A DNA stretch of 64,000 nucleotides from positions 143,904,001 through 143,968,000 of the forward strand of contig CM059431.1 of assembly GCA_030390025.1 (NCBI GenBank). Reading direction: 5' to 3'. This DNA comes from Squalus acanthias (Eukaryota). How positions within the stretch are numbered: the first letter of the stretch is position 1; each line of letters begins with the position of its first letter. The position numbers and the translations under genes were made by a program. This document shows, one piece after another, positions 23,647-35,877 of the stretch. The notes under the pieces are model-generated. The model did no database searches. It was not told the DNA's origin and saw only the letters and a list, made by a program, of their open reading frames with translations.

Positions 23647-24844
23647 TGTAAGGAGTATCTTAAGTGGGGTCAGCCTTCGCTTTCTGACACAGTGAGGGGT
23701 TCGAATCACTTCAACACCCCTCCGGTTCCTAGACTTTGGGCTTATTTAGGAGTTGTGAACAAAATTGCAGTAAACAGGTTCTGATGAAAGAAATTTACTT
23801 TATTAAAAGAAAAAAAAGGTAACAAACTTGAAACACACTTATTACTTAAACACAGATTCGGGAAACACACGGTACAAGCGAGAGAAATGACAATATATCA
23901 AACAAAACCTTATCCCTCCCAAAGATCCCACTATCTGGCTAGGTTTTTGGTTTCAGGATATCAGGGATAATGCTCACCAACGAATCCTTGACAGGATATT
24001 AGAGTCTTTTGTTTAAAAGGACTCCGTCAGGCCCTTGGTGCTGCGAGGTGTCTGATGGCCACTGCGGCAGTCGCTCTGGTTTCTTCTTGCGCGCTGGTCT
24101 TCTGGCCTTCTTCCTTGTGGCTTGGGTAAGTTTTGCTGGAGCAGGGACAGAGCTGTGTCCGCGTCGCCAGTCAGTCCGAAAAGAGAGAGAGATTATGGCA
24201 CAGGCTTTCAAATTATACCGTTTCTTTTTCGCGCTCAAAAACCCCTTACTAAAACGAATTCCTTTTTGAATGTAAATGACCCTTGCTTCGTCCAATTGTC
24301 TAGTTTTAGGCGGGCTTGCCAGTTCCGATGGTTTTTGCTTAGTGTTAATCGCTTTCCGATTTAAACACCGCCTTATCTACGCGCCAAATCTCCACCTATT
24401 GTTCTTCTGTTGGCGGGCTTTTAAATCTGTTCTCTGGTAACCTGGTTGATTGGTTTTTTTGATTGGATAATGGCTATGAAACTGTGTGATCGAAGTTATA
24501 TTGTCATTGAATCGTTTTTAGATTTCCAGCATCTTGTTTGCCACTGGGGATCCATATTTGAATGTGTTTGTGAGTTTTGCTATTGTCTCAAACAATTCCC
24601 AGACAGCTTGATCTGTTCACTGACCGGCCACGCCCCTCGCAGCTTGTGTCTGTGAAAAAAATGTCTCTCCCAACAATAAGATTAAAAAAAAATCAGTTTC
24701 CTCAGGATTTCTACTTGTGATCTTTAGGTTTTTACATCAAATCACTTCACTGAGGTCCCATCAACCCAAGGTTGTATGAAAAGTCCAAAAATCACTCCCT
24801 TTAGGGCTCTGTTCGAGTTTCTGGAGGATTTTGAGAAGCCTACA
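23647..24844 (-). mobile_element. 5' LTR of provirus copy 2 (1198 bp)
   Basis: TGTA...TACA termini; direct repeat of 12763-14712. Confidence 0.95.
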
Positions 24845-26405
24845 GTGTCTATCCGGTCTCCCCTTGAAAACATTGAGTGTGTCCGCTTCCACCACTTCCG
24901 TCGGCAGCGAGTTCCAGGTCATCACCACTCGCAGCGTATAAAGTTTTTCCTCACGTCCCCCCTGCATATCTTGCCCAAAACCTTAAATCTGTGTCCCCTA
25001 GTCTTTGTACCACCAATTAGTGGGAACAGCCTTTCTCCATCTAGCCTGTCCAAACACTTCGTAATCTTGTACACTTCTATCAAATCACCCCTCAACCTTC
25101 TTTGCTCTAATGAAAACAAGCACAGGTTCTCCAACCTTTCCTTGTAGCTAAGATCCCCCATCCCAGGAACCATTCTTGTAAATCTCCTCTGCACCCTCTC
25201 AAGGGCCTTTACATCCTTCCTAAAATGTGGTGATCAGAACTGGACGCAATACTCCAGTTGTGGCCTAACCAGCGCTTTATAAAGGTTCAGCATAACTTCT
25301 CTACTTGTGTACTCAATACCTCTATTTATGAAGCATAAGATTCCATATGCTTTGCTCACCACTCTCGCAATAAGTTCTTCCACCTTCAGGGATCTATGCA
25401 CATTAACTCCCAGGTCCCTCTGTCCCTGCACACTCTTCAAAACTGTGCCATTAAGTGTATATTGCTTCTCCTTATTCCTTCTGCCAAAATGCATCACCTA
25501 CACTTCTCTGAATCAAATTCTATCTTCCACTTGTCTGCCCATACTGCCAGCCTTTCTATGTCCTTTTGCAGTCGATTGGTATCATCCTCAATGTTAGCCA
25601 CACCACCAAGTTTGGTGTCATCGGCAAATTTAGAAACTCAACTCTGTATTCCAATATCCAAGTCATTTTTTTATATCAAAAAGCAGTGGCTCCGGCACCG
25701 ACACTTGGAGAACACCACTGTCTAACATACTGCAGTCTGAAAAACAGGCAGTCACCAAAACTCGCTGTTTTATGTCCTTAAGCCAATTCATTATCCAAGC
25801 TGCCACTGACACACCTATTCCATGAACCTCAATTTTGTTAACCAGCCTTCGAAGTGGTACTTTGTCAAACGCCTTCCGAAAATACATGTAGAAAACATCT
25901 ATTGCATTCCCTTCATCAATCCTCCCTGTTACTTCATCACAACTTTTAGATAGATTTATCAAACACGATCTGCCTTTTACAAATCCGTGTGGTTCTCCTT
26001 AATGAGCTTAAACCTCTCTAAGTGCTCGATAATTTTTTCCTTGATTATTGTTTGTAAAACTTTCCCCACCACCGATGATAAACTGGCTGGCTTTAGTAAC
26101 AAGGATTATCCTTACACCCTTTCTTGAACAATGGTATCACATTTGCCAAATTTCAATCCTCAGGCATCTCCCAGGCATCTAGGGAAGATTGCAAAAATAT
26201 GGCAAGCCCGCCTGCTATCTCCTCCCCCAATTCCCTTAGCAACCTGCGATGCAAGTCATCAGAACTAGGCGACTTGTCCACTCTAAGCATAACCAGCCTT
26301 TCTAGTGCATCCTGACTATCAATTTTCAAACCCTTCATTCATTCTACCTTTTCCACTTCTACCGATATATTATCAGCATCCACCTCCTTAGTAAACACCG
26401 ACACA
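24845..26405 (-). mobile_element. CR1 LINE, 5'-truncated ORF2 (RT) remnant
   Basis: DKSP..D.LH.R.L.EL, YMYFRKAFDKVP, LVRPQLEYCVQF, TRGHRFK; many stops. Confidence 0.9.
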
Positions 26406-26496
26406 AAGTCATAGAGTCATAACGGCACAAAATAAGGCTATTCGGCCCATGGAGTACGTGCCGGCTCACTGTAGAGCAATGCAGTCAGTCCCATTC

Positions 26497-29400
26497 ATAG
26501 AGTCATAGATTTATACAGCACAGAAAGAGGTCCTTCCGCCCATCGTGTCCGCGACGGCCATCAAGCTCTATCTATTCTAATCCCATTTTCCAGCACTTGG
26601 TCCGTAGTCTTGTATGCTATGACGTTTGAAGTGTTCATCTAAATGCTTCTTGAATGTTGTGAGGCTTCCTGCCTCTATCACCCTTTCAGGCAGTGAGTTC
26701 CAGATTTCAACCACCGTCTGGGTGAAAAAGTGTTTCCTTAAATCCCCTCAAAACCTCCTGCCCATGACCTTGAAACTATGCCCCCTGGTTATTGACCCCT
26801 CCATTAAGGGGAAAAGTTCATTTCTATCTAACCTATTTATGCGACTCATAATTTTGTACACCTCCATCAGGTCCCCTCTCAGCCTTCTCTGCTCTAAGGA
26901 AAACAACCCCAGCCTGTTCAGTCTCTCTTCATAGCTGAAGCGCTCCAGCCCAGGTAACATCCTGGTGAATCTCCTCTGCACCCTCTCCAAAGCAATCACA
27001 TCCTTCCTATAGGGTGGCGACCAGAACTGCACACAGTATTCCAGCTTTGGCCTAAGTAACGTTTTGTACAGCTACATCAAAAGCTCTCTGCTCTTATATT
27101 ATATGCCTCGGCTAATGAAGGCAAGTATCCCATATGCCCTTTTAACCACCTTATCTACCTGTCCTGCTGCCTTCAGGGATCTATGTACATGCACACCAAG
27201 GTCCCTCTGATCCTCTGTCCTTCCTAGGGTCCTACCATTCATTGTGTATTCCCTTGCCATGTTAGTCCTCCCAAAATGCATCACCTCACACTTTTCAGGC
27301 TTAAATTCCATTTGCCACTGTTCTGCCCATCTGACTATATCGTCCTGTAGCCCGAGGCTTCCCTCCTCGCTACTTACCACTCCACCAATTCTTGTGTCAT
27401 CTGCGAACTTACTGATCATACCTCCTACATTCATATCTACACTACAAACAGCAAAGGACCAAGCACCGATCCCTGCGGTACACCACTGGACACAGGCTTC
27501 CAGTCACAAAAACAACCTTCGACCATCATCCTCTGCCTCCTGCCACTAAGCCAATTGTGGATCCAATGTGCCAAATAGCCGTGGATCCCATGGGCTCTTA
27601 CCTTCTTGACCAGTCTCCCATGCGGGACTTTGTCAAAAGCCTTACTGAAGTCCATGTATACTGCATCAACTGCACTACCCTCATCCACACACCTAGTCAC
27701 CCCCTCGAAAAATTCAATGAAACTAGTGAGACATGATCTCCCCCTGACAAAGCCATGCTGACTATCCTTGATTAATCCTTGCCTCTCCAATTGGAGACTA
27801 TTTCTGTCCCTCAGAATTTTTCCAATTATTTCCCTACCACTGATGATAGGCTCACTCGCCTGTAATTCCCTGGATTATCCCTAGTACCCTTCTTGAATAA
27901 TGGTACTACGTTAGCTGTCCCCCAGTCCTCTGGCACCTCCCCTGTGGCCAGAGAGGTTCTTAAAATTTGTGTCAGAGCCCCTGCAATCTCCTCCCTTGCC
28001 TCACACAGCAGCCTGGGATACATCTCGTCTGTGCCTGGGGACTTGTCCCATTTGAAGCCCACTAAAACCGCTTGTAGCTCCTCCCTCTCAATGCTAATTT
28101 GTTCAAGTATATCACAATCCCCCTGCCTGATTTATATGCCTACATCATCCTTCTCCATAGTGAACACAGACGCAAAATATTCAATTAAAACCTCACCCAC
28201 ATCTTCCCGCTCTACACACAGATTGCCACTTTGGTCCCTAATGGGCCCTACTCTTCCCCTGTATATCCTCTTACCCGTAATATACTTATAAAGCACCTTG
28301 GGATTTTCCTTTATTTTGCATGCCAGTGTGTTTTCATGCCCCCTCTTCGCTCTCCTAATTCCTTTTTTAAGTACCCCCATGCACTTTCTATTCTCCTCTA
28401 GGGCTTCCACTGTTTTGAGTCATTTGTATCTGCCAGAAGCCTACCTTCTTTTCCTAACCCATTCTTTTATATCCCTTGACATCCAGGGTTCGCTGGGCTT
28501 GTTGGTCCCACCCTTGACATTTACGGGAACATGTTGGCATTGTACTCTCTCTATTTCCTTTCTGAAAGACTCCCTCTGCTCTGATTTGGATTTTCCTACA
28601 AGTAGCTGATCCCAATCCACTTTGGCCAGATCCTGCCTTAACATATTAAAATAGGCCTTCCCCCAATTTAGAACCTTTATTTCCGGTCCATCTTTGTCCT
28701 TTTCCATGACTACCTTAAATCTCACCGAATTATGGTCACTGTCGCCAACATGCTCTCCTATTGACAGTCCTACCACTTGCCTGGCTACATTCCCTAGAAT
28801 TAGGTCGAGTACCGCCCCCTCTCTTGTACGACTTTCTACATGCTGGCTCAAAAAGCTCTCCTGGATGCACTTTATGAATTCTGCACCCTCTAAGCCTTTC
28901 AGTCTCTGTCTATCCCATTTAGTATTGGGGAAAATGAAATCCCCTATTTTATAACCCTATTATTTCTACAGTTCTCTGAGATGTGCCTACATATCTGTTC
29001 CTCTATCTCCCCCTGACGGCTTGGGGGCCTATATTACACTCCCAGCCAAGTGCTTGCCCCCTTTTTGTTTTTAAGTTCTACACATATGGCCTCATTAGAG
29101 GAAGCTGCTGAGATATCATCCCTCCTTATAGCTGTAATTGTCTCCTTGATTAATATTGCGACACCCCCTCCTCTTTTACACCCCCATCTGTCTCGCCTGA
29201 AGATACTATACCCCGAAATATTGAGCTGCCAATCCTGCCCCTCCCTCAACCATGTCTCTGTGATAGCAACAATATCATACTCCCATGTGTTTATCAACAG
29301 CTTCAATTCATCTGGCTTACTCGCAAGAATCCTTGCATTAAAATAAGTGCCATCCAGCCTTGCAATATTCCCTTGTGCCGTTTCATACTTGCACTGCCTT

Positions 29401-29874
29401 CCAGGCTTACTTGATTTTTCCTCTATATTTGGCTGTGCATCACCCCCTACTATAGCTCCAATCCGTATCCCATCCCCCTGCCAAGTTAGTTTAACCCCCT
29501 CCCCACCCCCCCAACAGTACTAGCAAACCTTTCCGCAAGGATGTTGGTCCTGTTCCTGTTCAGGTGCAACCCGTTCAACTTGTACAGGTCCCACCTTCCC
29601 CCGAAGCAGCCGCAGTGATCCAGGAAACTAAAGCCCTCCCTCCTGCTCCAGCTCATTAGCCACGCATTCATCTGCTCTATCCCCCTATTGCTGTACTCAC
29701 TAGCACGTGGCACCGGGAGTAATCCCGAGATTACAACATTTGAGGTCCTGCTTTTTAATCTGCTACCTACCTCCCTAAATTCTTGTTGCAGGACCTCATC
29801 CCGCTTTCTACCCATGTCGTTGATACAAATGTAACCACGACCTCTGAGTGTTCGCCCTCCCCCTTCAGAATGCC
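26497..29874 (-). mobile_element. CR1 LINE: partial ORF1 (SGNH/esterase-like) plus ORF2 (EN+RT) and 3' tail; decayed
   Basis: ORF1 VVISGLLPVPRA...GLHLNR; EN DIVAITETW, LDLIL, SDHN; RT QHGFVRGRSC, GVPQGSVLGP, KFADD; tail at ~26497. A second short CR1 tail lies at 26406-26496. Confidence 0.92.
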
Positions 29875-32800
29875 TGACATGAATCGTGTCATTCATGTGT
29901 AAATGACTTATGAAATAATGCTGGGCGGCCTGCTGGTGGTGCTGTCCAGGGAGAGTATAAATACTCGGGCATGGGGCCAGCTTGCTCAGGACATTCTTTA
30001 ACAGGAACTAGTGAAGGACACAACTAGATCTCCATGTTGAAAAACAGTTGATTAGAGCCTTGTTTAATACTCAGACCAAGTGCCGAGTAGTTTTCTTACG
30101 TCAATTTAATCAACTGAACCTGCTCCACGCTCTGAGTGATTTAGGGAACACACAGCTAGGACTCAAACTGTAGAAGGGAACCAGATGTAGTAATCAATCC
30201 ATCATGTAGACACTACTCAGACCCGCCCGTCTTGACCTGGACCCGAATTCACCTACAGCTGCTAAGGTATGGAAACACTGGTATCGTACCTTCAGCAACT
30301 TCCTCAAGGAGTGTGGTGAGAATGTTCCTAATGAGTTACGAATGCTTGCCAATTATGTATCCCCTCATTTGTTTGACTATATCGAAGACTGTGTAGACTA
30401 TGATTCTGCTATCCAAACACTACAGCAACTATATGCTAAGGCCCCAAACGAAATTTTTGCTCGTCACCTACTGGCCACAACTCGACAACAACCCACGGTA
30501 TCACTTGACGAATTCCTTCAAGAGCTTCGCAGGCTCAGCAAAGGTTGTAACCTCAAAGCTGTCTCAGCTGAGCAGTACCGGGAGGAATTAATTCGTGACG
30601 CTTTTGTTAATGGAATTGCTTCTCCCCTCAGACACCAGCGTCTGTTGGAGAATAAAACCCTCGGGTTACAAGCTGCCTATAACCAGGCATATTCTCCGGA
30701 CATAGCTCAAGAAAACTCAGATGCCTATTTTTTAACACGTGCACGGGCTGCTGCGACCACTTTTAGTGACTCCTCAGGTAAGCCTCAGGCGGAAGCACTC
30801 ACTGATGACGACCCTACCCTAGTGGCATCTTGGCAATCTAAAACAAAGTGTTTCTTCTGTGGAGGTGCATTCCACTATAGGAAATTTTGTCCTGCTCATA
30901 ATGCAACCTGCAATCATTGCAGTAAGAAAGGTCACCTTTCTAAGGTCTGCCGGTCAGGAGCCTCGATTAGTGTTGCAGCTGCTTTCTATAAAACTGCTCC
31001 TCCTCCCATCACAGCTGTTTTTCCCCAAAGCCTGTCCCATGCAGCCACGAGGGTTTCGGTGAATGTACACATTTTGAGTGCATTAATCGACTCATGTAGC
31101 TCTGAAAGCTTCATTAGTGAGCGGCGGTCAGTAAGTTAAAACTGCGTATTTACCTCTCGGACAGGGAAATTGCAATGGCTCTGATGACACTGACCAACAA
31201 CTCTTCCGGCTTTTGTCTTGTCAACCATATTCTCAATGATCGCACATATTTCTCCACCCGGCTCGGGATGCTCAAAGACCTATGCAGTGATGTGCTCCTG
31301 GGACAGGATTTCCAGAAACAACACACAAGACTCACTTTCGAGTTTGGAGGGTCAAAGCCAGAGCTCACTATTTCCAAAGTACTGTTTTGTGTGCTTTCGG
31401 CAGCTTCGCTCGATGAGCCCTCCTTGTTTGCTAATCTTTACCCCTGATGTAAGCCCATAGTCACTAAATCACGACGTTTCAGCCAAGATGAACTATCCTT
31501 TATCGAGGCAGAGATCGTTCGCCTTCTAGCTGACGGTATCATTGAGCCATGTTCATCTCCCTGGCGGGCTCAAGTCGTCGTTGTTAAAAATCCTCTGAAG
31601 CAACACATGAAAAGTCTTTGCATCGATTACTCGCAAACTATTAACCAGTATACCGAGCTGGATGCCTACCCACTACCACGCATCGATGACATGGTCAATC
31701 ACCTTGCCAACTACAGGGTATTTTCAACTTTTGACTTGAAGAGCGCATACCATCAAGTACCGTTAAATGATCTGACAAAAAGTATACGGCTTTTGAGGCT
31801 TTACCAGTTTTGTCGCCTTCCATTTGGGGTCACCAATGGGGTGGCTGTCTTCCAACGGGCAATGGATAGCCTAGTCAAACAGGAGAACTTATACGGACAC
31901 TTTTCCATATCTGGATAATATTACCATTGCTGGTCATGACCAGAAGGAGCACGATGCCAACCTCCAGAAATGTCTTGACGTTCTCTAATCGTCACAACTT
32001 AACCTTAACCTTAACCGCCTGTTATGCGAAGTGGATACTACACTTTTCCGACAAGATCCAGCCCCTGCTTCACGCAAAGTAATTTCCGTTGGAGGCAATG
32101 GCTATTTCAGCTTTTGACCTCCTCAAGCAACAACTGGAAAAAGCCACGCTTCATTCCATCAATGAAAACCTTCCTTTCGTGGTCGAGTGCAATGCATCGG
32201 AGGTGGCGATCTCGGCTAGCTTGAATCAAGGCGGTCGACCCGTTGCATTTCTGTCCAGAACCTTGCAGGGTAGCGAGATCCATTATCGTCCTGTCGAGAA
32301 TGAGGCTATGGCTATCATCGAAGCATTATGTAAATGGAGTCATTTTCTCACTCGTCGCCATTTCATGCTCAGTGCTCTGTGGCCGTTATGCTCGATAAAC
32401 GGAAACGCACAAAGGTCAAGAATAACAAAATACAGCTCTGGAGGATGGAATTGGCCGCCTTTGGCTACACCATAAATTATCGACCCGGCAAAGAGAATGT
32501 GGCCCTGGATACACTGACTCGTGCATTCTGCTCTTCCATGTCAACTTCGACTCTTGCAGATCATCATACTGACTTGTGCCATCCTGGCGTTATCCGTATG
32601 TTGCACTTTGTGTGATCTAAAAATCTCCCATTTTCTACAGAAGACGTGAAAAGAACATGCTCCACTTGTAGAATTTGCTCCGAATTAAAACTGCAATTCT
32701 TCCAAACGTCGGCTGGCTCACTCATACACGCTACACAGCCTATGCAGTGACTCAGCATTTACTTTAAAGGGCCATTGCCTTCCTCAACGCGAAACACCTA

Positions 32801-34085
32801 CTTGCTTACTATGGTGGACGAATATTCACACTTTCCCTTTGCTTTCCCCTGTCCCAATATGTTTACTTCCACAGTGATCAAATGCCTCGATCAGGTCTTT
32901 TCCCTTTGCGGTATGGCCAATTTCATCCACTCTTATCCGGGTCCCTCCTTCATGTCAAGCGAAATCAAAAGTTATCTTTCCCAACGGGGAATCGCCAAAA
33001 GTAAAATGACACCGTATCATCATATTGGAAACGGACAGGTTGAGAGATACAACGCTATCATTTGGAACACTGTTCGTCTTGCACTGAGGTTACACAATCT
33101 ACCAGACCAGCAGTGGGAAACTCTGCTCTCTGACGCGATGCATTCCAACAGGTCTCTTCTTTCTACATCCACCAATGTTACTCCTTATGAAGGATTCTTC
33201 GGGTTCCAGCATCGCTCCACTTATGGGACGTCCCTACCATCATGGTTGGCCGCTCCTGGCTCCGTGCTGCTCTGAAGATTCGGACGATCCTCCAAGAGTG
33301 ATCCCCTCGTCGACAAGGTGGAAGTAACGGATGTCAATCCTACTGACGCGTACGTGCGGTACCCTGATGGCCGGGAGTCCACAGTTTCACTGCGGGATCT
33401 GGCTCCCTGCCCAACCGGTCCCACGGACCCAATCGATAGAAAGATCTGTATTAATGACGCCGATACTCCGCGCTCCTCCGAGGATGACGCCCTACCCAGG
33501 ACATCAAGGGATCTGCCAGCTACTCCACCGGATCAACCCGGGGAACAGAGCACTCCCCGCCGGATGGCCACCCGAAGCCAGGACGCTGGTCAATCACCGT
33601 CTACAGAGCAGGATGAAGCCAGCTCTGCAGCTGTGGTGGCCTGCACCCGGAGACACGATCTCCCCAGTCCCCCTCAGGTCTATCCATGCGACACGAGCTC
33701 TGCCAGTCCGCCGGTACGAACCAAGCGTCCCAGGGACCAAGACACGGCCTGAGGAGACGTGTTTTCCAGCCACAAACGGAGATCAAAACGACTGCGGCTA
33801 TTCTTAGTCCGATTAATCCGATAGAAGGAAGTCGCCGGACTTCCAATCTTTCAGGCGGGAAGAATGACATGAATCTTGTCATTCATGTGGAAATGACTTA
33901 TGAAATAATACTGGGCTGGTGGCGCTGTCCAGGGAGAGTATAAATACTCGGGCACGTGCCCAGCTTGCGCGGGACATTCTTAACAGGCACTAAAAAAGGA
34001 CACAACTAGACCTCCATGTTGTAAAACAGTTGATTAAAGCCTTGTTTAACGCTTAGACCAAGTGCCTAGTAGTTTTCTTACGTCA
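29875..34085 (+). mobile_element. Small Ty3/Gypsy LTR retrotransposon (Mag-like); decayed
   Basis: LTRs 29875-30103 and 33865-34085 (TGAC...GTCA, TATAAA inside); PPT aggcgggaagaa; gag from 30204 with two knuckles; PR LIDSCSS; RT FDLKSAYHQ and YLDN; RH; IN after RH. Confidence 0.92.
30204..33752 (+). pseudogene. Gypsy gag-pol polyprotein remnant
   Basis: ORF pieces 30342-31139, 31175-31447, 31607-31918, 32089-32475, 32334-32615, 32775-33275 and 33318-33752. Confidence 0.88.
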
Positions 34086-35877
34086 AAGGGCTAGAGGATA
34101 ACCCGGGAAAATGTAGGGCCCATTAGGGATCAAAGTGGCAAACTGTGTGTAGAGCCGGAAGATGTAGGTGAGGTTTTAAATGAATATTTTTCATCTGTGT
34201 TCACTATGGAGAAGGACGATGTAGGCATATAAATCAGGCAGTGGGATTGTGATATACTTGAACAAATTAGTATTGAGAGGGAAGTGGTACTAGCGGTTTT
34301 AGCGGACTTAAAAGTGGATAAATCCCCAGGCCCTGACGAGATGTATCCCACGCTGCTGTGTGAGGCAAGGGAGGAGATTTCTGGGGTTCTGACACAATTT
34401 TTTAGAAACTCTCTGACCACAGGGTAGGTGCCAGGGAATTGGAGGACAGCTAACGCATTACCATTATTCAAGAAGGGTAGTAGGGATAAACCAGGGAATT
34501 ACAGGCCAGTGAGCCTAACATCAGTGGTAGGGAAATTATTGGAAACAATTCTGAGGGACAGAACTAGTCTCCACTTGGAGAGGCAAGGATTAATCAAGGA
34601 TAGTCAGCATGGCTTTGTCAGGGGGAGATCATGTCTCACCAATTTGATAGAACTTTTCGAGGGGGTGACTAGGTGTGTGGATGTTGGTAGTGCAGTTGAT
34701 TTAGTCTATATGGACTTCAGTAAGGCTTTTGACAAAGTCCCATATGGGAGACTGGTAAAGAAGGTAAGAGCTCATGGGATCCAGGGCAATTTGGCACATT
34801 GGATCCAAAATTAGCTTAGTGGCAGGAGGCAGAGGGTGATGGTCGATGGTTGTTTTTGTGACTGGAAGCCTGTGTCCAGTGGTGTACGGCAGGGATCTGT
34901 GCTGGATCCTTTGCTGTTTGTAGTGTACATTAATGATTTAGATTTGAATGTAGGAGGTATGATCAGTAAGTTCGCAGATGACACGAACATTGGTGGAGTG
35001 GTAAATAGCGAGGAGGGAATCCTCAGGCTACAGGACGATACATACCGGTTTATTAGCTGGGCAGAACAGTGGCAAATGGAATTTAACCCTGTAAAGTGTC
35101 AGGTGATGCATTTTGGGAGGACCAACAAGGCAAGGGAATACGCAATGAATGGTAGGACTCTAGGAAGGACAGAGGATCAGAGGGAACTTGTTGTGCATGT
35201 ACATAGACACCTGAAGGCAGCAGAACATGTAGAGAAGGTGGTTAAAAAGGCATATGGGATACTTGCCTTCATTGGACGAGGCATAGAATATAAGAGCAGT
35301 ACAAAACGCTAATTAGGCCACAGCTGGAATATTGTGTGCAGTTCTGGTCGCCACACTATAGGAGTGATGTGCTTGCATTGGAGAGGGTGCAGAGGAGATT
35401 CACCAGGTTATTACCTGGGCTGGAGCGTTTCAGCTATGAAGAGAGACTGGACAGTCTGTGGTTATTTTCCATCGAGCAGAGAAGTCTGAGGAGGGACCTG
35501 ATTGAGCTGTACAAAATTATGAGGGTTATGATAGGGTAGAAAGAAAGGAACTTTTCCCCTTAGTAGACGGGTCAATAACCAGGGGTCATAGATTCAAGAT
35601 AAGGGGCAGGTGGTATAAAGGGGTTTTGAGGAAAAACTTTTTCATCCAGATGGTGGTTGTAATCTGGAACGTACTGGCTGAAAGAGTGGTAGAGGCAGGA
35701 ACCCTCACAACATTCAAGAAGCATTTAGATGAGCACTTGAAACACCATAGCATACAAGGCTAAGGACCAAGTGCTGGAAAATCGGATTAGAATAGACAGG
35801 GCTTGATGGCCGGCGCGGACACGATGGGCCGAAGGGCCCCTTTCTGTGCTGTATAACTCTATGACTCTATGACTCTA
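34086..35877 (+). mobile_element. CR1 LINE ORF2 3' half with (atgactct)n tail
   Basis: NYRPVSLTSVVGK, QHGFVRGRSC, KFADD; tail ctctatgactctatgactct; same subfamily as 26497-28280 in inverted orientation. Confidence 0.92.

Larger units (their letters stand above)
12763..24844 (-). mobile_element. Full-length endogenous retrovirus-like provirus (LTR-gag-pol-env-LTR), lokiretrovirus-like; decayed
   Basis: Paired TGTA...TACA LTRs, PBS, PPT, gag/PR/RT/tether/RH/IN/env in retroviral order; several stops and frameshifts. Confidence 0.9.

Noticed and set aside
23999..24364. Short ORFs inside the LTRs (also 13129-13472 and 1329-1622) as possible accessory genes
   Set aside because: Frames are broken differently by indels among the three LTRs; no recognisable domain.
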